A DNA stretch of 64,000 bases from a bacterium ADurb.Bin157 (GTDB lineage Bacteria; Muiribacteriota; Ozemobacteria; Ozemobacterales; Ozemobacteraceae): positions 14,260 through 78,259 of the forward strand of contig MWDD01000008.1 of the NCBI GenBank assembly GCA_002070375.1, read 5' to 3'. The position numbers and the translations under genes are program-made. This document shows, in pieces, positions 37,332-45,540 of the stretch (positions are counted from its first letter, which is position 1; each line of letters starts with the position of its first letter). Below the pieces are notes generated by a model. It searched no databases and was not told where the DNA came from. It worked only from the letters and a program-made list of their open reading frames with translations.

Positions 37332-37360
37332 TTGCTAAATTTTTATAAAAGCACTAAAAT
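37332..37360 (+). promoter_or_regulatory. Candidate sigma70-type promoter (TTGCTA-N17-TAAAAT) for the CDF transporter
   Basis: Hexamers at 37332-37337 and 37355-37360, 45 nt upstream of the ATG at 37405. Confidence 0.35.
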
Positions 37361-37404
37361 CAGGCATTCGTTATTGATCAAAATAAGAGAGCAAACGGAA
37401 ACAT

Positions 37405-38307
37405 ATGAAAAATAATAATAGCGATGAGAAACTAATTCAAAACAGCCAAATTACCAAAAGAGTTACCTTAACCGGCATGATTTTGAACCTTATATTGACC
37501 GTTTCTAAAGTTATAGCCGGCTTTATAGGCAACAGCAGCTCCGTAATAGCTGATGGGGTGCATAGTTTATCTGATTTATCCACCGACATTGCCGTATTGA
37601 TAGGGGTAAAATACTGGAACGAACCACCCGACGCAGAACATCCCTACGGTCATCGCCGGATTGAAGCTATGATTTCAGTTTTAATCGCCATAGCTCTTAG
37701 CATTGCAGGCCTTATGTTAGGCTACGGTGCAATTATAAAATTTCGTTCTGCCGATTATCAAACCCCGAAATTATTTACTTTAATTATTGCAATAATTTCT
37801 ATAGTATCAAAAGAAAGCCTCTACCAATGGACATATAAATGGGGCAAACACATCTCTTCCCCTGCCATGATTGCCAATGCTTGGCATCATAGAAGCGACA
37901 GTTTATCTTCGATACCGGTTGCTCTGGCAATCGGACTGGCGGTTTACAATCCCGCTTGGGCTTTTATGGACCCCGTGGCTACCCTCGCAGTCTCGGCTTT
38001 TATAATTCAAACTGCGTATAAAATTTCATTACCCTCTCTAAAAGAGCTTTCAGATGCAGGGGCAGATCAAAATTGCCTCGAAACGATTGAAAAACTTGTG
38101 TTGCAAGTCGAAGGAGTTAAATCTGTTCACGCAGTAAGATCAAGATTTCACGGCTCAGAACTTTACGTAGACTTACATATTCAAGTTGACGGAAAGCTTA
38201 CGGTTGAAGAAGGGCATGTTATCTCAGGGATAGCAAAGAGGCATTTAATAGAAAAAGGGCCCGATATCACCGATGTTTTGGTACATATAGAGCCCTTTGA
38301 AAACTAA
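37405..38307 (+). CDS. Cation diffusion facilitator family transporter
   Basis: Six TM segments. Metal-site motifs HSLSDLSTD and HHRSDSLSS. C-terminal cytoplasmic domain ...VHAVRSRFHGSELYVDLHIQVD.... Confidence 0.9.
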   Translation: MKNNNSDEKLIQNSQITKRVTLTGMILNLILTVSKVIAGFIGNSSSVIADGVHSLSDLSTDIAVLIGVKYWNEPPDAEHPYGHRRIEAMISVLIAIALSIAGLMLGYGAIIKFRSADYQTPKLFTLIIAIISIVSKESLYQWTYKWGKHISSPAMIANAWHHRSDSLSSIPVALAIGLAVYNPAWAFMDPVATLAVSAFIIQTAYKISLPSLKELSDAGADQNCLETIEKLVLQVEGVKSVHAVRSRFHGSELYVDLHIQVDGKLTVEEGHVISGIAKRHLIEKGPDITDVLVHIEPFEN

Positions 38308-38310
38308 TCA

Positions 38311-38577
38311 TCAGAAAAAAGAACTTAATACTTCTCTTATTAAACCAAAGGTCAGCCACATAAAAAAAAGACTCAAAATTAAATCCCAGATTATGAAAAA
38401 ATAAAACCTGACAGGTTCAGTTTCTCGATGAGCAAATATTCTAGGGCCGGTATAATGCCTCATTCCACGATATAAACGAACAGATGAAACGCCACTTTTA
38501 AGAGAATTTTTGAAGTTCAGGCCCCACAAGATGGATGCTGCTGAAGACATTAGAAGATAGATTAAAGTTCTTATCAT
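38311..38577 (-). CDS. Small membrane protein (88 aa), last gene of the DUF134-ABC operon
   Basis: Two hydrophobic segments. Its start abuts the stop of the His-rich protein (1-nt overlap). Confidence 0.45.
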   Translation of the reverse strand: MIRTLIYLLMSSAASILWGLNFKNSLKSGVSSVRLYRGMRHYTGPRIFAHRETEPVRFYFFIIWDLILSLFFMWLTFGLIREVLSSFF

Positions 38578-39500
38578 TAAAACTTTTCTCCTGATTTAAT
38601 ACGTTCTATCATCTTAATATCAAGGTCTCTTTGCACTTCATTTCTGTTCTCACCGGCTGCTGATTTTTCTAGGATATTAACGGCTTCGTCACGGCGTTCT
38701 AATGCCGCTAATGCAACTGCATAAAGACGAATTGCATATTCGGGCGGTTCAGAAAATCTTAACATCATTCCAAAGGCATCAAGAGCTCTGGGAAGGTTTC
38801 TCTTCTCACCGTGTCTGCCTCCTTGATTAAGGCAAAGAACACCGATTTGTTGCCATATCTCAATTCTGTTAGCAACATGTTTAACAGCTTTTTCTAATAC
38901 ATCCAGAGCTCTATCATGCTCTTTTCTGTAGGTATCGAGAAAAAATGATTTTAACAAATACGCCTCAATAAATGTCGGATCAAGAGCCGGAATCAAATCT
39001 AACGCAAAATCAACACGATGCCACATTTCTCTGTGTGAATCTGCGTCCATTTGGACCCACAAAAGGTTAGCGGCTAATTCGGCAAAACCAAGCTGTCTAA
39101 GAATTAATGCAAAACCCGGCGACACCGAAACATCAGGAGGTTGTTCAGTGGCATCATGCGCGTGTTCATGGTGGTGGTGGTGTTCATGGTGGTGGTGTTC
39201 GTGGTGGTGGTGAGTTTGCGTTGTCGGCTCAAGCATACCACCGGCATCAGGGAGGCTCATACAGCCACAGGGGCCGTCTTTATGATTATGTTCTTCTTTG
39301 TTTTCGCCGTGAACTTCGTATTCGCCCGCTGCATCACTCATTGTAAAATAGGCTTCAGAGTTAGCTTGAAGCATTTCAAATGTCTCTTTTTCAGACATTG
39401 AATTTAATTCGGTTTTGTATGCTTTGGCATGAAAATGACCAAACAGAGCTGAAAAGCACAATGAAAACAACAACAAAATAAAATGTTTATCTCTCAGCAT
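38577..39500 (-). CDS. Secreted histidine-rich protein with TPR-like helical C-terminal domain
   Basis: Signal peptide. Tract TQTHHHHEHHHHEHHHHHEHAHD plus CGC. The C-terminal 190 aa form helical repeats. Confidence 0.7.
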   Translation of the reverse strand: MLRDKHFILLLFSLCFSALFGHFHAKAYKTELNSMSEKETFEMLQANSEAYFTMSDAAGEYEVHGENKEEHNHKDGPCGCMSLPDAGGMLEPTTQTHHHHEHHHHEHHHHHEHAHDATEQPPDVSVSPGFALILRQLGFAELAANLLWVQMDADSHREMWHRVDFALDLIPALDPTFIEAYLLKSFFLDTYRKEHDRALDVLEKAVKHVANRIEIWQQIGVLCLNQGGRHGEKRNLPRALDAFGMMLRFSEPPEYAIRLYAVALAALERRDEAVNILEKSAAGENRNEVQRDLDIKMIERIKSGEKF

Positions 39501-39501
39501 T

Positions 39502-40275
39502 TCATAGATCCTTTTGTTTCAGCACATAAGAACCAAGGGCAAGTAAAAACAACAAATAGAATATAGCATAACCTAAAGCGGAAAAAGCAAATGAATAGCT
39601 TATGGTCAGGTCTTTTAATATTTTATATTTAATATTAAAATTTCCTAAATTTGGAATAAACCAATACAAAATGTCTGTTATATAGCCTAATAAAGGAATA
39701 CCGGTCTCTAACACCAAATGTTTTACATGTTCAGCCATAGAAGCTAAGAGAACAAATAAAAACGACAAAGAAAAACAAGTAATCAAAGAGTTCGCTAAGG
39801 AAAAAAGCAAAACCATACTTGTCATAACAGAAAATTCCAGTAGCATAAAAAGAGCTATCCATTGGAAACCGCTCCAAATAACGCCAAATTTATAATAAAG
39901 CATTCCCATAAGCACAATAAGCATAAGCAAGACATTAACAACGGTAGCAAGCAATGTTCCGGCAAATTTACCGGTATATAGCTCCCAGCGTCCCATCGGC
40001 AAAGTTAAGACAGAATATATGGTTTTGTGCTGTATCTCATCGCGAAGCGTTGTAGAGCCAATAAAAAGCGCAATCAGAAACCCAAACAATGATATAACAG
40101 AAAGTCCAACATCTTGTATCATTCTGTATTCGAGAGACGGAGTAGTTGCAAAGTGTCCAAATAGGTTAATAAGCCCCATTGCTATGCCCAAAAAAACAAA
40201 TTGGATAACAAGCATCTTGTGACGCGCAACATCCAAAAAGGTATTCCAACCAATTATTCTTATTCTGGAAAACAT
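39502..40275 (-). CDS. ABC-2 type transporter permease
   Basis: Six TM segments with NosY/ABC-2-like topology, immediately downstream of the ATPase. Confidence 0.75.
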   Translation of the reverse strand: MFSRIRIIGWNTFLDVARHKMLVIQFVFLGIAMGLINLFGHFATTPSLEYRMIQDVGLSVISLFGFLIALFIGSTTLRDEIQHKTIYSVLTLPMGRWELYTGKFAGTLLATVVNVLLMLIVLMGMLYYKFGVIWSGFQWIALFMLLEFSVMTSMVLLFSLANSLITCFSLSFLFVLLASMAEHVKHLVLETGIPLLGYITDILYWFIPNLGNFNIKYKILKDLTISYSFAFSALGYAIFYLLFLLALGSYVLKQKDL

Positions 40276-40276
40276 A

Positions 40277-41194
40277 TTAAGATTCTCCTCTCTTTAAAAC
40301 ATTTACAAAGAGCTGATCAAGAGTAAGCACGACCGGAGTAGCTTTCTCAAGTTTTCCCCCCATGACGGCCGAGGCCTGCAACAAATCATCAATAACATTT
40401 TTGTCTGTGAGTGTAACCTCAACTTTTGCACCCTTGCACTCCAAATTTTGAGCTTTAAATTTTTCTGAAAACTCAATTGCTTTAGAAGTATCTTTAAAAT
40501 TGATGCTCATAAAATACTTTGTCGTATTAAGCAGCTTTGGTAAAGAGTCATTTACAAGAATTTTACCTTTATTCATTATAAAAACTCTCTCGCATATGTC
40601 TTCTAAAATACCGACGGCATGGGAATTTACCAACACACTTATATTTTGCTTTTTAAGAGAATTTATCACTTCTTTAAGCATCACTTGCCCACAGGGGTCT
40701 AAACCGCTAAAAGGTTCATCTAAAAACACTATTTTTGCATTACTCAACAAGACTCTTGCAATATCAACTCTTTGCCGCATTCCTTTTGAGCAATCTTTTA
40801 ACAATTTATTCTTGCAATCAAGCATTTCAACTCGCTCGAGGCAGGAATCTATATCAGAAGACGATGCTTTGCCTCCGCATAGATTAGCGTGATATTTGAT
40901 GTACTCTAAAACCGATAAATAATCAGGATGCTGAATGGCCTCGGGCAAAAATCCGACTCCCTCTCTGGAAGCAATTGAAGGAACTTTTTTACCAAAAATA
41001 AATGCTTCTCCGGAAGTAATGCTTGTGAGGCCTAACAGCATTTTCATAGTCGTTGTCTTGCCCGCTCCGTTTGGACCAAGCAAGCCCAACACTTCCCCCG
41101 GTTCCATTGAAAATGAAACCTTATCGACTATAGACTCTTTTTTTATAGTTCCGACAACTTTTGTAATTTCAATAGCCTCAAGTATTTTTGCCAT
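40277..41194 (-). CDS. ABC transporter ATP-binding protein
   Basis: GPNGAGKTT, CSKGMRQRVDIA, IVFLDEPFSGLD. Confidence 0.9.
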   Translation of the reverse strand: MAKILEAIEITKVVGTIKKESIVDKVSFSMEPGEVLGLLGPNGAGKTTTMKMLLGLTSITSGEAFIFGKKVPSIASREGVGFLPEAIQHPDYLSVLEYIKYHANLCGGKASSSDIDSCLERVEMLDCKNKLLKDCSKGMRQRVDIARVLLSNAKIVFLDEPFSGLDPCGQVMLKEVINSLKKQNISVLVNSHAVGILEDICERVFIMNKGKILVNDSLPKLLNTTKYFMSINFKDTSKAIEFSEKFKAQNLECKGAKVEVTLTDKNVIDDLLQASAVMGGKLEKATPVVLTLDQLFVNVLKRGES

Positions 41195-41220
41195 TTATCT
41201 CTCCATGCAATATGATTATT

Positions 41221-41625
41221 TTATGTGTTTTTCGATTTCTCCGGCATCTCCTCGCCCTTCTCATTACATAAAGGACAATTGCTGTCAGATTCATCAAAGC
41301 TTCTTTTGCAGTTTGCACAGTAATATATCTTGTTCATGTATTCTACTGTACCGCCTTCTATTTTGATTGCCATGCCCCTTACCAATGCTTTGGCGATTTT
41401 TTTATGAGCAGCTTTAACTATGTTTCCGAGGGTCTGTCGGGAAACATTCATTTTAGTCGCTGCATCTGTCTGGTAAAGTTCCTCTAAATCAGTCAGTCTA
41501 ACCGCTTCAAGCTCGTCAAAAGTTAAGCTCACCGACTCTAACTCGTGCATTGGAATGCCCGAGGGCTTAAAAAAGACAACATTATATTTACCGCTTACAC
41601 GTCGATTTAATCTAGGTCTTGCCAT
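41221..41625 (-). CDS. DUF134 (UPF0251) predicted DNA-binding protein with C-terminal CxxC...CxxC zinc ribbon
   Basis: MARPRLNRRVS...FKPSGIPM...LTFDELEAVRLTDLEELYQTDAATKMNVSRQTLGNIV is the DUF134 signature. C-terminal CANCKRS...CPLCNEKG. GGAG RBS before ATG at 41625 (track start 41685). Confidence 0.8.
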   Translation of the reverse strand: MARPRLNRRVSGKYNVVFFKPSGIPMHELESVSLTFDELEAVRLTDLEELYQTDAATKMNVSRQTLGNIVKAAHKKIAKALVRGMAIKIEGGTVEYMNKIYYCANCKRSFDESDSNCPLCNEKGEEMPEKSKNT

Positions 41626-41718
41626 TTTCGCTCCATTTTTAGCATTAGCCAAAAAAAATATAATATTTTTTAAAGGCGTTGTCAAGGCTAAGCATTTATC
41701 TTATATTTAAATGCAAAG

Positions 41719-41744
41719 CAGCACTGTGCATACGCACAGTGCTG
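41719..41744 (-). terminator. Perfect 11-bp hairpin downstream of the C25 peptidase gene (possible terminator)
   Basis: CAGCACTGTGC-ATAC-GCACAGTGCTG. On the minus strand it is followed by CUUUGCAUUUAAAUAU. It lies 26 nt after the peptidase stop. Confidence 0.45.
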
Positions 41745-41769
41745 GCTGAGATGTCTTAAAAAAGATTAC

Positions 41770-43587
41770 TTACTTATTAACGCCGATATAAGTTTTGAGA
41801 GAAGGATCACCCATGAGATGGTAGACTTCCCAGTAGTATTGCTTACGGCTTGAAGTTGAAGCTTCAACAGCCAAGTTTCCTGCAACCATAAAGCCGGCAT
41901 TAGTTACGCCTTTGCCTTCAAACATTGCTTCAAAAGCACCCGGGCCTGTTTTTTCTTTAAGAGGGAACACACCTTCATTGTTAGGTTTAACAATTGAATG
42001 CAAACCGACTCCCCAGTAGAAGTCTTCATCCCAATAGGTGCTGTTGGTTCCGCCCACATAACCGATGGCGCCGGCATCTTTTGCTCTTAGCCAAGCTTCG
42101 GCAAAGCATTCGGAAACTTCAAACTTACTTGTCAAACAACAGTTGCCTATAACTAAAGGATACTGTCCTTTGTTACCAAGTTTGTATATATCTGAAATCA
42201 AGAATCTAGGATCTGCCCAAGAGGTAGAAGAGCCATGTGCGGTATAATTCACGTAAACAGCGCCTTCGGCAACCTTTTCGATAATTGTAGACGAATTCTG
42301 CTGAGAACCGGCTGATAATGTTTTATAAACATTTTTAAACCCGTGTTCATTATTTATATAATAGTTTTCTGCATAATTAATGTGCGCCCAACCATGGCTT
42401 CGAGCCCAATAAGAATCATAGCCGGCAACCAAAACTGCTCTGTTAAGGAATTCAGAATCGGCAAATTTTTTCTGACCGTATTCAATGGTTTTTTCGATTT
42501 GCGGCATAAGCTGTTCTAAATTCTGAGCTGAGAAACGACCGGTAAGCATATCAGGCAAGAAATCACCGGGAGTTACGGCAACATAATACAATTCTGTGAT
42601 ATGAGAGCCGGTTTGTCCCCTGAAAGCAGGAACCTGAGCATGATCACCTACGAAAAGCACATAGCTTGGCGCAGGCATTTCAGCAGTGGGATTGTTATAG
42701 AGGTCATGCAAATATCTTTTAAGAGGTTCTGTAATTGCACTGCCGGTTCCAAATTCATCAGTATAAACAGTTTTTACAATATACCCCTGAGATTTTTTCC
42801 AATCTTCAAAAGGAGTCAAAGCCTTTTTAAACATTGGATCAGAAACTATTACATAACTTTCCTTTGTTTTACTTCTTCCAAATTTAAGAGCTTCGGGAAC
42901 GATAACCATCGATTCGGCAAAAGCGAAGGCGTCAGAGGCATAAGCACTGTGTCTTGCTCTTGTTTTGCTCATATTAGACCCGGTCATAACAACTTCGAAA
43001 TCAATATTATTATAAACATTGATTTTATTGTCGATTGCACTGTAAGTAATAGGAGAAACCGTAAGCTGTACAAGACGCATATGTCTCATAACCCCGATAT
43101 CTTCTATTGAAGCAAGAGGTTGTCCATTAAAACCTTTGTGAACATAAGCTGATTTTTCATACACAAAAGGAACTTCGGAGCCATCTTTTGGTGCAGAAGG
43201 CTGTCTGGGATATATTTTGTTTGCAACACCGAAATCAGCAAGGTTATACACTTTTGTGTCGTAACTTTTTACTACGACTTTACATTCGGCACCAAAAGGC
43301 ACTTGTATAATCTTGGTTATTACCGGCAACTGAGGAGCACCGTAAGCTCCGCCAAAATAGAATTCAGGCGAATATAACACACTGAAAGGCCCCATAGGTG
43401 TATCAGCATCATAAAAATCAAGTTTACGCAAACCGCAGTTCATTTTTAATGACAAATTGCTGCCGTCAAATTTTTCGGACACAACAGAAAGACCGTTGTT
43501 AACGTCTTCAGACAATCTGATTTCATCAGCAAAAGCAACACTGCCGCACAACAAAACCATCACAAACAACATCAAATACTTCTTCAC
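41770..43587 (-). CDS. Gingipain-like cysteine peptidase (family C25), secreted
   Basis: Catalytic His/Cys context YVNYTAHGSSTSW ... LVIGNCCLTSKF, paralleling RgpB NYTGHGSETAW ... DVACVNGDF. I prefer the GTG start at 43587 (AGGAG RBS, then signal peptide KKYLMLFVMVLLCGSVAFA) over the track start at 43674. Confidence 0.8.
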   Translation of the reverse strand: MKKYLMLFVMVLLCGSVAFADEIRLSEDVNNGLSVVSEKFDGSNLSLKMNCGLRKLDFYDADTPMGPFSVLYSPEFYFGGAYGAPQLPVITKIIQVPFGAECKVVVKSYDTKVYNLADFGVANKIYPRQPSAPKDGSEVPFVYEKSAYVHKGFNGQPLASIEDIGVMRHMRLVQLTVSPITYSAIDNKINVYNNIDFEVVMTGSNMSKTRARHSAYASDAFAFAESMVIVPEALKFGRSKTKESYVIVSDPMFKKALTPFEDWKKSQGYIVKTVYTDEFGTGSAITEPLKRYLHDLYNNPTAEMPAPSYVLFVGDHAQVPAFRGQTGSHITELYYVAVTPGDFLPDMLTGRFSAQNLEQLMPQIEKTIEYGQKKFADSEFLNRAVLVAGYDSYWARSHGWAHINYAENYYINNEHGFKNVYKTLSAGSQQNSSTIIEKVAEGAVYVNYTAHGSSTSWADPRFLISDIYKLGNKGQYPLVIGNCCLTSKFEVSECFAEAWLRAKDAGAIGYVGGTNSTYWDEDFYWGVGLHSIVKPNNEGVFPLKEKTGPGAFEAMFEGKGVTNAGFMVAGNLAVEASTSSRKQYYWEVYHLMGDPSLKTYIGVNK

Positions 43588-43722
43588 GCTTGTACTCCTT
43601 ATAAAAATACCGTTTCGACACCTAAAGCATCGACAAAAAAGGTCAGAACAGCCACAGTAAAAAACCAACAACACCGCAGCATTTAAGTATAATCCCTATA
43701 TTTAAAATATGTCAATCAAATA

Positions 43723-43753
43723 AAACTACTTTTACATTTCTGTAAAATGTAAA
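43723..43753. repeat. ACTTTTACATTTC motif (M1) directly followed by its inverted relative TGTAAAATGTAAA (M2)
   Basis: AAACTACTTTTACATTTC (43723-43740) is identical over 18 nt to 45434-45451. TGTAAAATGTAAA (43741-43753) is identical to 46631-46643. Confidence 0.75.
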
Positions 43754-43780
43754 GTTTGTTTCACGCTTTGTATAATAAAA

Positions 43781-43802
43781 CGTGAAACAAGTCTTACACA
43801 AA
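43781..43802 (+). repeat. Extra IS30-end copy abutting IRL head-to-head (IR-IR junction, 0-bp spacer)
   Basis: CGTGAAACAAGTCTTACACAAA lies directly next to TTTGTGAAAGAGTTGTTTCACG. Together they form a 44-bp near-palindrome with 20/22 arm identity. A further partial copy, TTGTTTCACG, sits at 43756-43765. Confidence 0.7.
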
Positions 43803-45192
43803 TTTGTGAAAGAGTTGTTTCACGTTATCTTCTAATTTAATCTAAATTTAGGAGATAAAAGATGCCCGGAGTGCATTTAACGCTAGAAGAACGTAAGAGT
43901 ATTCAGTTTGGTCTTGATTCATGCAAATCAAAAACAGAAATAGCCGTTGGGATATCTAAAAGTGCCTCTACTGTGAGCAAGGAGATCAAAAGGTATAAAA
44001 TCGCAAAACCTTCTAATCTCTATGGACGTGGACCATGCGGTTTTTGTATTCATGTCAGAAGCTGTAAAGATAAGCGCAAAGGTCGATGCTTACGCTTTGA
44101 GGAGTTTTGTGAACGTCTGAAACACAAAGGTGTCTGTAATGGTTGTGGTAAACGCAATATTTGCCGACAGAGCAAATACTATTACAATGCCGCTTCCGCA
44201 CATAAATCCTATCGATTCAAACTATCAGACACTCGGCAGGGGGTAAATCTAACAGAGCAGGACAAGAACTTTATCGCACAAATCTTGTCTCCATTGTTAA
44301 AGCAAGGACAATCTTTATACCAAATACATACTAACCATCCGGAAATTAAATTGTCTATAAAAACCCTCTATACCTATATTGAATCTGGGATATTTAAAGA
44401 ATCTGGAATAAACAATTTTTCTCTTCGCCGGCAGGTTTCTATGAAAGCCAGAAAGAAAACAAAACCCAGAAAAACTCCTGCCAACTATAAGCAGCACACA
44501 TATGACGACTACATAAAGTTTAAAGAAGATAATCCTGATATACCAACAACAGAAATGGATACCCTCTACAACGAGCCAAGCGGACCTTATATCCAGACCT
44601 TTATGTTTCAAAATTGCAACTTAATGCTTGGCTTTCTGCATTCAGAAAAGACGTCTGCTTCTATGGCTTCTGTTTTAGATCGATTAGAAGAAAAATTAGG
44701 CAAAAAGGACTATAGTAAACTTTTTTCGCTTTTGCTCACAGATCGCGGAACCGAATTCGCAACACACAACTTATTCGAATACAACAAAAAAGCAAATAAG
44801 CTTCGCTCAAATATTTTCTATTGCAACCCTCAAAAACCGTCGGAAAAGCCTCATGTAGAGACCAACCACAATTATGTCAGGGATATATTTCCAAATGCTA
44901 TATCATTTAAGGGAATTACACAAGAAGACGTGGATATCGCTATGGCACATATCAATTCAACTCCCAGAAAAAGCCTAAATGGCCGAACTCCATATGAAAT
45001 GTTTAAGTATTTATTCGGTGCAAAAATACTGGATAAGCTTGCTGTTAAAAAAATTGAAAAAGACAAAGTCATATTGACTCCACACCTACTGCCATTATTA
45101 GAAAAAAGATGCAGACTGTCTGAAAAAGCATTAATAGCGCGTTACAAATAGAATTGAAAAGGAAAAAAGACGTGAAACAACTTTTTCACAAA
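43803..45192 (+). mobile_element. IS30-family insertion sequence (about 1390 bp) with 22-bp terminal inverted repeats
   Basis: IRL is TTTGTGAAAGAGTTGTTTCACG (43803-43824). IRR at 45171-45192 has reverse complement TTTGTGAAAAAGTTGTTTCACG, a 21/22 match. Both ends are flanked by AAA, so the exact boundary and any target duplication are ambiguous. Confidence 0.6.
43862..45151 (+). CDS. IS30 family transposase
   Basis: N-terminal HTH (LTLEERKSIQFGL...TEIAVGISKSASTVSKEIKR). DDE region TTEMDT..., LLTDRGTEFA and PHVETNHNYVRD...INSTPRKSLNGRTPYEMF. Confidence 0.88.
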   Translation: MPGVHLTLEERKSIQFGLDSCKSKTEIAVGISKSASTVSKEIKRYKIAKPSNLYGRGPCGFCIHVRSCKDKRKGRCLRFEEFCERLKHKGVCNGCGKRNICRQSKYYYNAASAHKSYRFKLSDTRQGVNLTEQDKNFIAQILSPLLKQGQSLYQIHTNHPEIKLSIKTLYTYIESGIFKESGINNFSLRRQVSMKARKKTKPRKTPANYKQHTYDDYIKFKEDNPDIPTTEMDTLYNEPSGPYIQTFMFQNCNLMLGFLHSEKTSASMASVLDRLEEKLGKKDYSKLFSLLLTDRGTEFATHNLFEYNKKANKLRSNIFYCNPQKPSEKPHVETNHNYVRDIFPNAISFKGITQEDVDIAMAHINSTPRKSLNGRTPYEMFKYLFGAKILDKLAVKKIEKDKVILTPHLLPLLEKRCRLSEKALIARYK

Positions 45193-45262
45193 AAATGAAA
45201 GGAGAAAACTCCAAAAACCCCATTACAAAAAGGAATGATTGAAATATTACTAAAACAGAATA

Positions 45263-45284
45263 CGTGAAACAAGTCTTTCACAAA
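45263..45284 (+). repeat. Solo IS30-end-like repeat copy
   Basis: CGTGAAACAAGTCTTTCACAAA, in the same orientation as IRR and 71 nt downstream of it. Confidence 0.7.
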
Positions 45285-45366
45285 CTAAAACTCTCACGGA
45301 TTCTGTTAGTTTCTTCTACTAATTTTATTATTGAATTCGCCAAAATACTACTGTTTTTGAGCCAAA

Positions 45367-45398
45367 ATAGCGAAAAAAACGAGCATTTTTTTCGCTAT
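45367..45398. repeat. Perfect 13-bp inverted repeat ATAGCGAAAAAAA-CGAGCA-TTTTTTTCGCTAT
   Basis: Read directly. It lies between two solo IS-end copies in non-coding DNA. Confidence 0.6.
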
Positions 45399-45410
45399 TA
45401 GACATATTTT

Positions 45411-45431
45411 CGTGAAACAACTCTTACACAA
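45411..45431 (+). repeat. Solo IS30-end-like repeat copy
   Basis: CGTGAAACAACTCTTACACAA, in the same orientation as IRR. Confidence 0.7.
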
Positions 45432-45438
45432 TGAAACT

Positions 45439-45470
45439 ACTTTTACATTTCACCACTTTTACATTTCACC
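45439..45470. repeat. Perfect tandem duplication of the 16-nt unit ACTTTTACATTTCACC (two M1 copies)
   Basis: Read directly: 45439-45454 and 45455-45470 are identical. The duplication lies between the IS remnants and the 3' end of the Rpn-like gene. Confidence 0.8.
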
Positions 45471-45540
45471 CGAGACTCAAGGTTAAATGCAAAGTTGCGC
45501 CTTGGCGGTAAGGGGTATAGTTATGAAATTGATCTGCGGC

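Noticed and set aside
39107-39401. Plus-strand ORFs encoding Gly/Val-rich peptides (GGGGVHGGGVRGGG, VVVVFMVVVFVVVV)
   Set aside because: They are antisense or frame-shifted readings of the CAC/CAT/GAA microrepeat that encodes the poly-His tract of the minus-strand secreted protein.
41626-41685. N-terminal 20-aa extension of the DUF134 ORF, and similar upstream extensions of the ORFs at 43674, 33208, 32070, 59172, 60346, 54571 and 26555
   Set aside because: In each case an internal start has a proper Shine-Dalgarno sequence. It yields the expected signal peptide or family N-terminus, and it removes implausible overlaps with the upstream gene.
43756-45431. Possible CRISPR array, because of a recurring 22-mer CGTGAAACAA..CACAAA
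   Set aside because: - There are only five to six copies, in mixed orientation.
- Spacings are irregular (0, 71 and 126 nt, with a 1.35-kb transposase gene between two of them).
- The copies form the inverted termini of an IS30-family element.
- No cas genes are present.
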